This document shows, in pieces, positions 45,239-61,820 of a stretch of 64,000 nt of DNA. Both the position numbers and the translations under genes were made by a program. A model generated the notes under the pieces. It searched no databases. It was not told where the DNA came from and worked only from the letters and a program-made list of their open reading frames with translations. Positions within the stretch are counted from its first letter, which is position 1; each line of letters begins with the position of its first letter. The DNA comes from the human T2T-CHM13v2.0 reference genome, Homo sapiens. The stretch is from NCBI RefSeq assembly GCF_009914755.1, contig NC_060942.1. One strand, 5' to 3'.

Positions 45239-45399
45239 AAATGTTTTCTCTTTCTACCAGTTGTAGTTACATGGTTACTTACATTGTGAGATGAATTCTG
45301 CCATTAACGGGAGATCAGCTCTACCCAATAATCAAGTGACTTCTGTATACTTGATACGTTTATTATGTGTTGTTTCATGTGAGCTTTTATTTTCCCAAC

Positions 45400-45798
45400 T
45401 GTGGCAGGGACTGGCTGGCTACTTCCAGCCCATTTCTCTTTCCTCTTGGAAACACAGCTGGACTCCCTTTCCTGCCTAGTTAGCTGGTCCCATGTCACTG
45501 AACTCTGGCCAAAGAGGGAGAGCCAAAAGTCTGTATGCCACATCTAGCCCTGCGCCTAACCTCTCCTGCAGGCACCTGCTCATCTCTTCCGCCTTGCTGG
45601 TTAGATGGCCATGACTAGGGCAGTCTTGGAAACTGCTTGTTAAAGATGCCAAAGCTTCCGTCAGCCTGGTGTCCTGAATGAATGTATGGAACAGAGCCCC
45701 TCCCCTTCCATTATCAAATGGACTCTATATAAACTATTGTTAAGCAGTTCCGTTTGCAAGGTTAATCTTTTATGATAGCTGGTGTTTCCTTAACTGAT
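45400..45798. mobile_element. MLT1-family (MaLR) LTR
   Basis: catgtcactgaactctggccaa...aaactattgttaagc...cttaactgatt, typical of old MLT1 LTRs. Confidence 0.6.
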
Positions 45799-46255
45799 TT
45801 CTCATCCTAATTGCTCTTCATTCTGGAAGCCTTCTTACTAATTCTCTTTGCAAGTGGCATTATTTGCTTTTGAAGTGTTACTGCTTATATTTTGAAGCCA
45901 TCATTTGCCAATATTGGAGTATAATGTGATCTTTTTTCAAGTAATTCTGCTCTTCTTAACAATAATGTAATGAGACCATTTAGGTGCTTTTGCAGTCCAG
46001 TGGGTAGGCTGCCTTCATAGTTTGTCACATGTGAATGACTCATCTCATAGTGCATTGCTTCACAGCACAGACTGCTGCGTGGGAGAAGTCTGCAGGCCCT
46101 CCAGTCCCCGGAAAGGCTCATCTCCTCAACCACAGACAGAGGCCAGAATACATAACCTTTGATCATGGGCGTGTAGTCCTTCTGTGTGTTGCTGGGTTTG
46201 ATTTGCGACTGTTTTGTTAAGGCTTTTTTTGCATCTGTTTTTAAAGGATGTATTG

Positions 46256-46600
<345 letters not shown>

Positions 46601-47424
46601 CATGTATTGACTTATAGTTTTGGTTTTGCTTTTTCTTGTGTTATTTTTGTTTTGGTGTCAGGGTAATACTGGCCTTAGTGGAATGAGTTAAGAAGTGTTC
46701 TTTCTTCTATGTTTTGGAAGAGTTTGTGAAGAATTATTATTAATTCTTTGTTAAGCGTTTGATAGAATTCGCCCATGAAACCCTGTGGGACTGGACTTTA
46801 CTCTGATTTTTAAAAAATTACTAATTCAGTTTCTTTACTTGTTACAGGATTATTCAGATTATCTATTTCTTTCCAAGTCAGTTTTGGTAGTTTGTGTCTT
46901 TTTCATAATTTGTCCACTTTATCTAGGTTATCTAATCCACTTTATCTAGGTTATCTAATCTGCGGCCGTGCAGTTGTTTTTAGGATTTCCTTACAGTCCT
47001 TTTTATTTCTGTCAGGTTGGTAGTAATGTAACCTCCTTTGTTCCTGATTTTAGTAATTGAACTCTTCTCTCTTTTTTTCTTGGTCAGTCTAGCTTAAAGG
47101 TTTGTCAATCTTGTTGATCTTTTAAAATAACCAGCTTTTGGTTTTAATGATTTTTCTCACTTGTTTTTCTGTTCTTTATTTCATTTATTGGTTTCTGTTT
47201 TTATTGTTTTCTTCCTTCCACTTATTTTCTGTTCAGTTTAGTCTTCTTTTTGTAGTTTAAGGTGGAAAGTTAGATTATTTACTTGAGGGTCTTTTTTAGT
47301 ACAGGTGTTCATAACTACAAATTTCCATCTAAGTACTGCTTTTGCTGTATTTCATGAGGTTTGGCCATACATCTCAAAATTATTTTCTAATTTCCCTTGT
47401 GATATCTTCTTTGATTCATTGCTT

Positions 47425-47844
<420 letters not shown>

Positions 47845-49893
47845 TAATTTCATTCCATTGTAGTTGGAGAACATACTTTATATGATTTCTATCCTTTGAA
47901 GTTTATTCACATTTGTGAAAAATGTCCTAACATACTGGGTATCCTTGAGAATATTCTGTATGCACTTGAGGAAAATCTACATTCTGCTCCTGTTGAGTGG
48001 AATGTTCCATAGATTTTGTTCTAGGTCTGCAGCATTGTTCAAATCTTCTTTTTTTGTTCATCTTCTATCTAGTTGTCCTATCCATTATTGAATGTGGAGT
48101 ACTGAAGTTTGTCACTATTTCTCTGTTTTTCCTTCTATTCTGTCAGATTTTGATTCATGTATTTGAAGTTCTGCTGTTAGATGTAATATATTTATGTTTG
48201 CTTGGCAGATTGGCCCTTTTATCATTATAAACTGTCTTCAGCCATGCACCTCTCTTTTGGTTACTGTTTGCACCTTTTTTCTGTTGTCATACTTTCTACC
48301 TATTTGTGTCTTTGAACACGAAGTGTGTGTCTTGTAGACAGCATGTAATTGCATCATGATTTTTCATTCATTCTGTCAATCTGCTTGTTTAAAAAATCAG
48401 CTTTAGTTAGGAAAATTCACATCCAGCAAAATGTATCCATTTAAAATCTTAGCAGGTATGTACACTTGCTAATTATTATTATTCTCCCCATCCAGATGAG
48501 CTCCCTTTGCCCTGTTACCCTGCCTGATCAGCTTTACAGCCCTACATCAGTCTCTCCAGTGTCTCTTCTCTCATACCTGGCTGTAGAGTTCCAACTCAGA
48601 AGGCCACACAAGCATCTGACTGCAGCTCTGTGAATCAGTAGAGTTCACTGTGTAACCCACAGTGTTCCCGTTGACTAGGCCCATTCCTGAAGGCAGCTTA
48701 TTCCAGCTTTCTCAGTGTTTCTCCTGTCTGCCTTTACCACCTGTTCATTAACTCTTAGCCATCAACCCTCCCCTCAACCCCGCCACTTTCAGCTACAGCT
48801 CCATTGCCTTCTTCCTATAGGCGTTGAAACGTGTCTCTACCCAGTCACCAAAGACCACCCCCAACCCCCAGTGACCCAGCACACCTATCTAGCTACCATC
48901 CCGTCTCTGTCCTTTGCTTTGCAGCCAAACCTTTTGAATGAGATGTTTTTCGTCATGACCTCACCCTACATCCCCTTTCTCTGTGAAATTTAAATGGTGT
49001 TTCTCAGGATTCTGTCCTAAGCACACCTACATTTGTGATGTACATGTTCTTCCTGGGAAACTGTAACTTCATTCATGGCTTTATATCATCTGATTATACA
49101 CCAGAGCCTGATGGGAGGTAGGTGGCACACTCAAAAGGTTCCATCGATCTCTGCCTGTTGATTGGAGCCTTTAATCCATTTCTATTTAATGTAATTACTG
49201 ATAAGGCAGAATTTACATCTGCAATTTTGCTGTTTGTGTTCTGTGTGTCTTGTGATATTTTTGTGTCTTTGTTGCTCCATTACTGCCTTCTTTTGTTTTA
49301 AATATTTTCTAATGTGGTGTTTTAATTCCCCATCATTTCTATTATAATGTACTTAAAAAACTATTTTGTTAGTGATTGCCGCAGGGATTTTAACTAACAC
49401 AGCTCACTCTTAGCTAGGTTTAGTGTTTTTGTTGAATAAATGCTCCTGGAATTCTTTCAAGTCCGGTTATTTTCCAGAGTTCTGAAACAGTTGCTTTTGG
49501 CAATTTTCACTAGTCTTCTCATTGCAGTTACACAGAAGTATATTTTCAGAGGTTTTTATACTGCCATCCCTGCTTACTTCACCTACTTATTTATGATTTA
49601 TTTGTCCTGTTTTACAAATGTGTATCCAGTGTAATGAATAACAAAATGCTTTAATTTGGGAGATGCTATTGTATTAATTGCCCTTTTAACAGTTGTGATA
49701 GAAATATGTGGAAGATACTATTCCAAATATGAAAACAGTTTTGGGTAATTAATTAAGTGGAAAAGATTATATAGATTGTGTTAGAAGATAAATTATGAAC
49801 AAAGTCAAGCACTTTAAAGCTGAAAGGTGTTTAGAAATGTCCACTTTTCAGAAGAGGAATCTGAGGGCTGGAGAATGTAAATACCTTGCTTAA

Positions 49894-50245
<352 letters not shown>

Positions 50246-50742
50246 ACTAATAGCAATTTTGGAAATTCTTCCTCAGCCTCTTAATGTTTCACTGCATCAT
50301 TTTTAAGCCATAGTAAGACAGAAAAACGTAAATGGAATATTAGAACATGACTCAAATGAGATAATCTATTGTGTTAACCTTGGATAAATAACACTTTCAA
50401 ATTGATGATGTTTTAAAACATTTCTCTCTAATTTTGTCTTACATTCCATGTTGTAGGGAGAATCACTCTTCATAGTGGAGTAATAATATTTTGAAGGTCG
50501 TGGATCCCTTTGAGAATCTTAAGAATTATCACCTCTTTCCTCAGAAAAATGTATACACTGCACAGGCATGCTGGATTTTTTATTGTTTGCATATCCCTGG
50601 AGGATTATTGATGGGTTCAAGTTAGGGCCCTGCTGTAGTTTGTTTTAATCTATGCTTCTATTTTCATCCTCAGTTTTATTTTTTCTGTCAAATTTAAATT
50701 GTTAAAATAATAGTTACTCAAATGCAGATATTAAGAAGTCAG

Positions 50743-51087
<345 letters not shown>

Positions 51088-52982
51088 TCAAGCTATATAA
51101 AATTTGTGTTATAATATTGCTTTCAATCAAGAATTCTTAGCTTTAGAAATTCTGTTTATGTGATTTTTAAGTAATTAAAGTTATCTTATTGCCTAGTTGT
51201 TTTCAGTAGACTACAAATGTACTGAATTTTTGTATCTACTAACAGTTTTAATACTATTTTATTGCTTTTTAGTTTCAGTTTGAAAAAATCTGATAATACA
51301 CTGTTTATTATAATTACAATATTTTAAATCTTAGGTATGATGGAAGTCCTAAGTGTTAATATATGCAGCATATCCCAGCTTGAACACTGGCAGCTGGGTG
51401 CTTGTCAGTACAGCATGGTGGGTTGCTCATGGCATCGTATTGACTGTGTATTAACACAGAATATTCTGTTGGGCTGTGAGCTGATTGTTTAGAATGTAAA
51501 TGAAGCTGCTGATGGATCTGGTGACTGATGGCTTAAATTCCAATTAATCAATTACTTCATCACTTTCTTAATTCAGATCAAATATCTCCAGAGTGCACAC
51601 AATTCTTTTAGTGGTATTAAGAGAAATTAATGCTTTAGAACTAATTTTCATCAATCTCTTATAAATGTCAATATCTTTTTCACTTGTCTCCTAAGTGATG
51701 ACATTATACTTTAAGTGTTTGGGACATATTATAGTACCTCAGCTGTCTGTCACTTGTTAGTGGGACGGGGTGGTGGTTAAATGACACTGTACTCATCCAC
51801 ATGGTCTCTGTAGTGCTATTCGTCTTGCTACCAGCTTGAAAATTTCATGCAGAGTCATTAAATCGTATGAATGATTTAAAAATTAAGTTTAATGGCAGAC
51901 AATCTGGTATTATAAATGCAAAGTCAATGCCTATCTTTCTTTTGTTGGCCGTATACCCTAGCCGATCTCTTTCAGAGCTGTTGGATTTGTGAGCTGTTGT
52001 AGGAAGTCTACTAATATTACAGGGTAACTTATTATGCGATATGACAGACTCGTGCTCCGACGGTGTCCTGTCAGTTTCTTCAGCACACTTGATGCACCCT
52101 CCTATGTGACACATACACGAGTTGATCTTAATTGTCATTAAGCCTGTTGACTCTTGTCAGTTGTATAAAATAAAATCAAGTATTCATAAGCAGTCTGTAA
52201 TAGGATATAAGCAGGCCAACTTAGTAATACATTTTTTGCTGAGCCTTAACTGGCGTCAGTTTTAGCGAGTGCTTTCTGTTAAAAAATTATTAGATGCAGT
52301 TCTTGTGAAATAAGTCAAGCTGGCCATCTTTCTGATTTGCTAGAGTTCATTCTTTCTCTCTTTAAATCACCTCAGTTATTGAAAGGTTAGTATTTTTAAC
52401 TGTACTTAACTTGAGTAAAAGTAATAACGTTGTTTTTCTCTAAGTTTAAAAAATAGCATATGATTTAACATGAGGCATGGCTTTTTTCTTTAAACAAAGT
52501 CAGCTATTTTTTCAGTGTTTAATAAGTTTACAGAAATTTAGATATTTGTTTCACTTTTAGAAACACAGAATACAGGAAATTTATGAGACTCCAGAGATTC
52601 TCACTTGTTTTTTTCTTTATGTAATAGAAAATCTAGAGTAGAGTGAATGGCATTGACATCTCACAGATGTGTCAGATAGAGTCTAGAATTTAGTCCATTT
52701 TACGTTACTTTAATATTTTATATCAGAACATTCACCCATATATAAAGGGGGAAATTCAATCTAGAAAAAAACTGTAACTTTAAAATAATATGCACTGCAA
52801 CCTTTCTTGTACTGCTTCTTAGTTGAAACCAGTGAGCTCGTGCAATATATTTTTTTATAATTCTTTTGACAAATAACCCCTAACGGTTTATTTAAATATA
52901 TGTATGCGTGTGTGTATATATATATGCGTGTATAATATAATATATGTCTCTAAAATCTCTAAAATTAACCTCAATTGTTTAG

Positions 52983-53398
<416 letters not shown>

Positions 53399-53607
53399 CT
53401 ATATTTTTTAAAGTATATGTAATCAGATGACATTGTCTCAGATATACTTTAATTGATAACGCCAATAACTGGAGAATCTTTTCATGGCTCTTGATCTTTT
53501 TGTGCCTTAGACAGGTGGGTTCATGTCTCTGTATTTCCCAGATTCCATTTTAACAATGATAATTCCCATATTACAGGGTACTTAAAAGGATTAAAAATAA
53601 AATTGGT

Positions 53608-53966
<359 letters not shown>

Positions 53967-54465
53967 CTATAATTAGTTGAAAATGCATCAGCTAGGAGAG
54001 AAAAGCATTTAATATTTGTGTAGAGTAAGAGACCACAAGAATGCTCAGTAGCATGTGGAAATACTTTTAGGAGGTTCAGAGGGGGAAATGAGGGTATTAT
54101 GGATGTGGATTTGCATGGACATTTTAGTTGTAGAATGTTCTGTGGAAAGGGTGGGCTGGACTAAGCCATGTGAAGATCTGTTCTTACATAATCTACTTTA
54201 ATGATTTCTCCAAATTTGAGAAACAACTAGCTACCATGATACGAGTTCCCAGTATATGACACTCATGACAGGCTTTCACGTATTTTCCCTGAATTTTACA
54301 ACATAACTCCAGGGTAAGTCTTATACAGATTAAAAAACTGAGGTCTAACAAGGTCAAGTTATTTGAAAGGGAGCATTGAGTAGTCAGTTACAGGGCTGGT
54401 GTTCAGCTTCTGACTGTCTGGCTCTGCCTACTCTGTTATGCCAGTTTGGGATGGAAGCCTCCAGA

Positions 54466-54688
54466 GCAGGCATTCTCACCTCTACCTAGCACTGTTGGTG
54501 CTTTGGGCCCAATATGTCTCTGCTGTGGTGGGCAGGTCTGTCTTCTGCACTGTTGGGTGTTGAGAATATTCTTGTCCTCATTCCACCAGAAGCCAGTAGC
54601 ATTCTCCTAACTTCCTTTCCAGTTGTGAAAACCAACAGTGTCTCTAGAAGTTGCCAAATGTAAATTGTCCCTAGTTGAAAACCTATGG
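54466..54688. mobile_element. MER20 (hAT-Charlie) DNA transposon
   Basis: ccagaagccagtagc...gttgtgaaaaccaacagtgtctctagaagttgccaaatg...gttgaaaacc. Confidence 0.75.
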
Positions 54689-55882
54689 AGGGCTTTTCAT
54701 CCATTGAAGAGAATCTCTAAAATTAACCTTACTTGTTCAGTTATTTACCTTTAGGAATACTTGTTTTAATATTTTTCGAGACCTTCTTTCTCAGTGAGAA
54801 CAGACTGAGTCTGCAGAAATTGAGCCATGGCCTGTTATCTTCCTCTCTACCCCAGCTCCATGTGCAGGAAGCTCTACTCTAAGCCCATGCAGCCAAAAAG
54901 TCAGGGGCTCTGTCTTCCTGCACTTCCTAGGCTATGGCTGCAGCCCCACCCAGGAGGGGCTGGCCATGGTTCTTATTTTCCCCAGACTCATGTTGCCGAA
55001 GCCCAATTCCTGACAGGCTTGGCCTAGGGCACTAACATAAAGTAACTTAAAGTGGACTATATTCTAGACTCTACCTGGGCTCCTGAGCATTGTATCCCAG
55101 TGAGTTCCAGCCCCAGCAGCTTGTAAGGCAGAGGTGACAGTGCTGGAGGGGCTACACCACAACCCCATCCCCAGTGCCCACTTGATGACCTGAGTATCCC
55201 TCCTGGTAGAGCTGGCTGCTGTCCTGTCCCCAGCTCCAATGCCATACTCCAGAGGTTCTGCCCAGGGTGAGAGACAGGTCCTAAGTGCTGAGATGTCTGC
55301 AGCCTTCCCTACAGACTTTGTTTGAAAAATAGCCTGGCAGAGTTCATTTCTGAGGATGTCGTTGAGAACACTGGAGAGCTTGGTGGCCACCATTTCAGAG
55401 GGCAGAAACAGCAACCCAGTCAGAAGCTTCATGGAGAGTCCTAGATCCAGCCTATCCTGGAGCCAGGAGACTGTGAGCATGTGCTAGGCGCTCTCAGAAG
55501 CAGCTGCAATGGGACTCGGAGCAAATGTGAAAGGACTCCCTGGGAGATAACAGCCCTGCATGATGCCAGAGCCCACTGACCCAAGGGGCTTACCTACAAC
55601 CTCTGAGCTGGCCAAATGATGCATGGTCCTCTGTCCCCAAGGTGAGTCCTACAATGCTGAGCTTACACATGACATCACAGGCCTCCCTGTCAGCCTGAAA
55701 GATGGTTTTTGCCCAAGATGATGGTCTCAGGAGTCAATGGAGAAGACCTCCAAGCCACCCATCCCTGACTGAACACGGGCAAAGTCGTGAAATCCCTGAA
55801 TTGTGAGAGGTCTCTAAGCCACACACAGCCAGTGATGAAGCTTGGAAGTCCAACTAGCTAAGCCAGCCTGAGCACCACCTTT

Positions 55883-57321
55883 TGTCACAGGATCTTTGGG
55901 GTGTTGCTTTTCCAGCCACAAACCTCTATGGCCCGTGGAGCCTTTGTCCAAGTTTTGCTTAGGCCTGCTGGGCTCATTCTGCCTCCTTGGCCCAGCAGGC
56001 TTTGCTTAGCTTGTGCTGCCGGCCCGGATCCCACGCCTGCCGAGGGTGAGCCCAGAACAGAGTGGCAAGGTGTGTGTGAGCGAGCGTGGGATCTGGCCAC
56101 TGCACACAGCCAGGCATGCTGGCTGTGGCAGGGCAGGCAGCTCCAGGTGCCGGCTCTGTGTGAGGCTGTGGCCAAATCAGGCGTTCCATAAGCGACTTCC
56201 ACTGTGGGCACCAGGAAACGTGGCCCTAGGAGGCTTGGAGACGCTAGGAACCGCAGATCCCCAAAGAGGATGTCACAGCCCTGGCTCGGTGAGCTGTTAA
56301 GTCTGGGCTCTCTGAAGAGCCACAGATCTTCTCTCCTTCTCATTGCTTGCAATAAGGCGAATGGCAGGGCGTGTTTCTGCCCTGTTTGTGCTACAGCTCT
56401 TTCATTCCCACCATTGAGCTGGTCTCAAGTTCTTGTCCGGCATCCAGGAAGAACAAGGTATATGGACAACTAGAGGGTAAGCAAGGCAAAGAGGTGGTTT
56501 ATTGAGCGACAGTACAGCTCTCAGGAGACGCTAAGTGGGTAGCTCCTCTCCACAGGCAGGTGGTCCCGATGATTGCAGCTCTCAGTGGAGAGGAGACCCG
56601 GAGTAGGTAGCTCCTATCAGCAGGCAGGTCGTTCTGTTGAGTGTGCAGCCCTCAGCGGACAGGGGACCTGGAGTGGGTAGCTTTTCTCCGCAGGCAGGTT
56701 GGCTTGTGGAGTGTGCAGCCCTCAGAGTAGAGGGGACCCGGAGTGGGTAGCTCCTTCCCACAGCTGGTAGTCCCAATTTCTGTGTGAGTCTGGCCGAAAC
56801 TCGCTTTTTTTATGAACTTAGAAGGGAGGAAGCGCATGCTGATTGGTCCATGGGCAGCCATGGGCGGGCCTAGAAAAAGCACTATCCGATTGGCTGTATG
56901 GTCATCAATGAAGTCCTCACTTCCGGCAGTGGACCTCACTGGGAACTGGCAGCCCGGCCCCGAGGCTTCAGGTTGTTCCTGGCTTGAAGGTAGGGTTTCA
57001 CAGGGGACCTGCCAATTTTTGCCCAGGAACTTGTGGGACTCCCACCATCAACATGCCATGTATGGTTCCCAGGCTGTTTGTCCCAAGGTTGCCTGCAGGC
57101 CTGCCCCGAGCCACCCTCCCGTGCTTGTTGGCGCCCAAAGTCTGGAGAGGGCCAAGCCGGCAGAGTGCCAGGCATGTCAGCACTGCCCTGAGCACATGCA
57201 TACCTGCCAACTCGGAAGGGGATGGGGATCCTGCCAGCTCCATGGAGCATGCAGCCCTAGGCACACCTCCCTCATTGCAGTCTTCGCAGCCGCCACTCCA
57301 GAGGCGCCACTGCTGCCATCA
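55883..57321 (-). mobile_element. MER52-family ERV1 solo LTR (~1.44 kb)
   Basis: tgtcacaggatctttggggtgttgcttttccagcc start and gctgccatca end. Near-TSD cttt/catt; internal ~70-bp repeats at 56530-56770; minus-strand AATAAA at ~56497-56502. Confidence 0.8.
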
Positions 57322-60300
57322 CATTGACCAGAAAGTGGTTTACGTGGAGCCAGGAGCAACCTCCGGAAAGCCAAGAAAAATAGAAGGAGACTTGGTGGTG
57401 GCATTTCAGCCTGGCGACTGCAGAGTCTGAGCAGGGGGTCCGTGGCTGCATCCTGCGGGGGGATAGATTTCCTAGAGTTCAGCCAGTGACTATAAAAATA
57501 AACAAATGAGTATAACAACAAACAACCCAAATAAGTTTTGTTTTTGATTTTGTTTTTTTTTTTTTTACATTTGTGTATTGTAGTTGCAACTGTTCAGGAA
57601 GTCAACTCTTGGTTGAAGTGCTGAGGTGGAGGGCTGAGCTATGTGTTCTTGTATAATGGGTTTGGAGTTAGATGGACCTAATCATGGCACTCTTCACTCA
57701 CTTGGGAGACCTTGGGGTACTTTACCTCTGAGCCTAAAATAGGGACAGTTTTTCCTTCTGTCTCACAGGACATCAGATATTGCAGATAGGCCATGACTGG
57801 CACTTCATAAGTAGATGCTTAGTAAATGTCAGTAACCTTCCCCTTTTTGGGGGAGAAAGAAGTGACTTCCCAGTAGACATGTATAACTCCATACATTTTT
57901 TGAAGAAGGGGTAGCTGTGGGCAAGTCTGGAGTACAGTATGGAATAAATTCCATTACTCCTTCCTTAATTAGGAGTGCTATGTCTGTTTCTCCCCTGACA
58001 GTCTTTGGGAGGTATTTTCTCAATGAGCCAAGCACCCAGTGTGTGCTTGTATTAAATCTCTTCCATGCCTCATTCTTCTCCTTGCCACATTATCCCTGTC
58101 CTTCTCTCTTCTCCTCTCCAGCCCCCATTGTTCTCTCTGATCTTGGTCCTTTGGCCTTTGAGGTTCGTGACAGAAAAGAGCATCATGCTTGCAGAGGCAG
58201 CATATTTGTGGAGGCAGCGTCCTGCCTCGTTGAGGAGACTTTGAGAAGACCTGATACAGGCTGTTGTTGGTCATCTACTTCCTGTACAGTGGAGGCATTT
58301 TTCTATGACGGGTCCCTCAAGGGCTTCCACCCTGTCTCTGGAATGGGACTTTCCGTATCTTCCAAGTGGTGAACAGTGAGTTTTCTTGGTGATTTCTGAG
58401 GCTGGGCTATTTGTATGGTCAACCCCATACCATTAATAGGTCCTTCTAGAACCTCTTATTTTCTCTTTCACATTTGGTTGTCTGTCTTTACTTGTTATAC
58501 TGTCACCTAACACTGTTAAGGTCAGTAGGAAACTTGGTAGCTAGAGTAATGCTTTCAGTATAGTAGGTGTTCAGTAAATATTGGTGAAATATGTGGGAGC
58601 TTGCTGTGTGTCACCTGTGTTGAGGAAGAGCCTGGCTGGACTGTGTGAAAGCCGTGAGTCTTCACACAGAGTTTCTGGACTCAGCGTTCCCACGGAGTGT
58701 TTTTGGACATTTCCTGTAAAATCTTCATAAAGTCTCCATTTGCTTTCTTCAAGATAAAAGTAAACCTTTTCTTAACATACCTTTTCTTAACCATTATTTA
58801 GTTATACATTTGTTAATTATGAATACTTAATAGTATTAGTTTAACCATTTTGAATTATTTTGACCATTATACCGTAGTATTTCAGCTGCTTTATGCATTA
58901 GGTGATCTTTATCAGACTTTATTAGATATATAAAAGTTTAGTCATTTCTGTGGGAAGAATGGTTCCTGAATGCTGAATGGCTTAGAAATGACCACAATCA
59001 GAAGTTTCAGGCTGTTTACTACATGGCTGTCACCTCTAAGCAGTGAGGAGCTTTGAAAGGCTGTTTACCTATTTTTTCATTTTAACAGTAAATTACAAAG
59101 TTATCTTACGACTTCCAGCAAAGTTACAAAATTACCTTACGACTCCCCAATACTTAAAGCCATACTGTCATTACTGTTACTGTGTAAGACCCTTGTCTTT
59201 AATGCTTCCGTTTTGCTGCGGTGATCACTTGCAAGCTGACTGAGCTCAGACTGTCTCTTGCTCTGGAGAGGGAAAGGCCAGGAGCTCTGTTCTGGCTGAC
59301 CTTGGCTGCCAAGGTAGGGAGGAGCTGCAGCCGGCCGGTAACTTTCATTCACCGGCTCTGTCCGATGAGCACAAGCTCATGTCAGGCACTCCCCAGAGCC
59401 ACACTGGGCCTGGGTGGCATCGATTCCTAGTGTGATTCTGAATGAAATTGATGAATGGGAGCACACAGTGATAAACAGGATGGGGAACTCTCCTAGAATG
59501 GCAGTGGGAGCCAAGAACAATTGAGATGAGTCTCCTCCTCTGTAGGTGTTGAAATAGTTACAGTGTGCTTCCTGTAGTGCAATATTTAGAGGTTAAGTCC
59601 AGTTACTTGCATTATTTATCTCTTTACTGCAAACACCAAATGTTTGAGTCACACTTTTAGGTTGGCCTTTTCATTATTTAATCTAAATGTGTTTTAAAAA
59701 CAGATTTTTAATCTCTGGGTTTATAATATGATTTTTATGCCATTCTGTAGACTTTGTTTGGGAAAGCATCTTAATATATTTTTTAGGTTTCTGGAATCAA
59801 ATTGTATATTGTGTTGGAATTGTTGTTTCTGAGTTTAAACATTTCCATCAGTTGCTGGAAAGGCTGGTGTGTGAAAGCCCCCTTCTGGTCCAGTGCAGTG
59901 TCAGAGGTCTCTCTCCTGCATGTCAGATTAGTTCGTCTGCTGAGCTACTTGATTATAAGCATTCGCCAGTATAATACTGAGTTCTGAAAACTAGACCCTA
60001 CCTGATTGTGACGCCAAATTTATTCAGTTTATTAAGTTGTAGGCACTAAAACACATAGTACTTATTGCCTGAATCTTGCTTTCAAAACTTGGAGGAAAAA
60101 CCATTTTCTTCCCTGGTTTCTTGTTTTTGCCTTGGCTGTGCTGTGCAGCTTTACATGGTATGCTTCAGAATCTTCGTAGATTTTCTTAAGTTGTACCTGA
60201 AAGATTCTTTGCTAATGAGCATATTTTGTTTAGTCTAATTGATGCCACCTTCCCCCTATAGTGTTAAGTAACTTTTTTACTTAAAAACAGAATTAAAATT

Positions 60301-61038
60301 CAAGATTTGAAAGTATATTTGAAATATTTGGAACTTGATAGAGCTTTTTTATTAAAAACCTATTTTTAAAAATCTAGATATTATTTAAATCTGATTGTTG
60401 CTTCAGTACCATTGTAGTATATTAGCACTGTTGAAATTTTGTTCATTTCCAAAATTTAAGACTGTTCATGTTTGAGAAAGGGTGTTATGAAGCAATTCAC
60501 TCGTGAAATATGAATATTTTTATACTAGTATAGTTGAGTTATATAGATACATATTAATAGGAAAGATAGATTGCAGTTCTATTAGCAACCTAAATTGAGA
60601 GCTTTAATTTGCTATTTAAAACTTATTCCTAGAGTGAACAACACCTTTTTTAAAAATACATTTTATATTGACATAATTAATGACTCCTGGGAAGTTGCAA
60701 AGGTAGTACAGGGAGACCCCGTGTGTCCCTTCACCGAGATTCCTTCAGTGGTTGACAACTTACCTGTAGTAGAATATCAGACCAGGATGTTGACACTGGT
60801 ACAGTGTGTGCGCGTAAGGCTGTGTTATTTCATCTTGAGTGTGGGTTCCTGTCACCACCAACGCAGTCAAGGTGCAGAACTGTTGCACCACCGTGAGGAT
60901 CTCCCTCACACTAGCCCAGTGGGCTCAGCCATCCCTCTGCTTCCAGCAGCCCTCACCCTGGGTAACCTTGAATTTGTCTTCATTTCTATAAATTTGTCAT
61001 TTCTGGAGTGTTATATAAATGAAATAAACCATTCATGA

Positions 61039-61820
<782 letters not shown>

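Noticed and set aside
55885-57530. Cluster of overlapping 90-170-aa ORFs
   Set aside because: Expected in a GC-rich LTR; no gag/pol/env or other recognisable motif.
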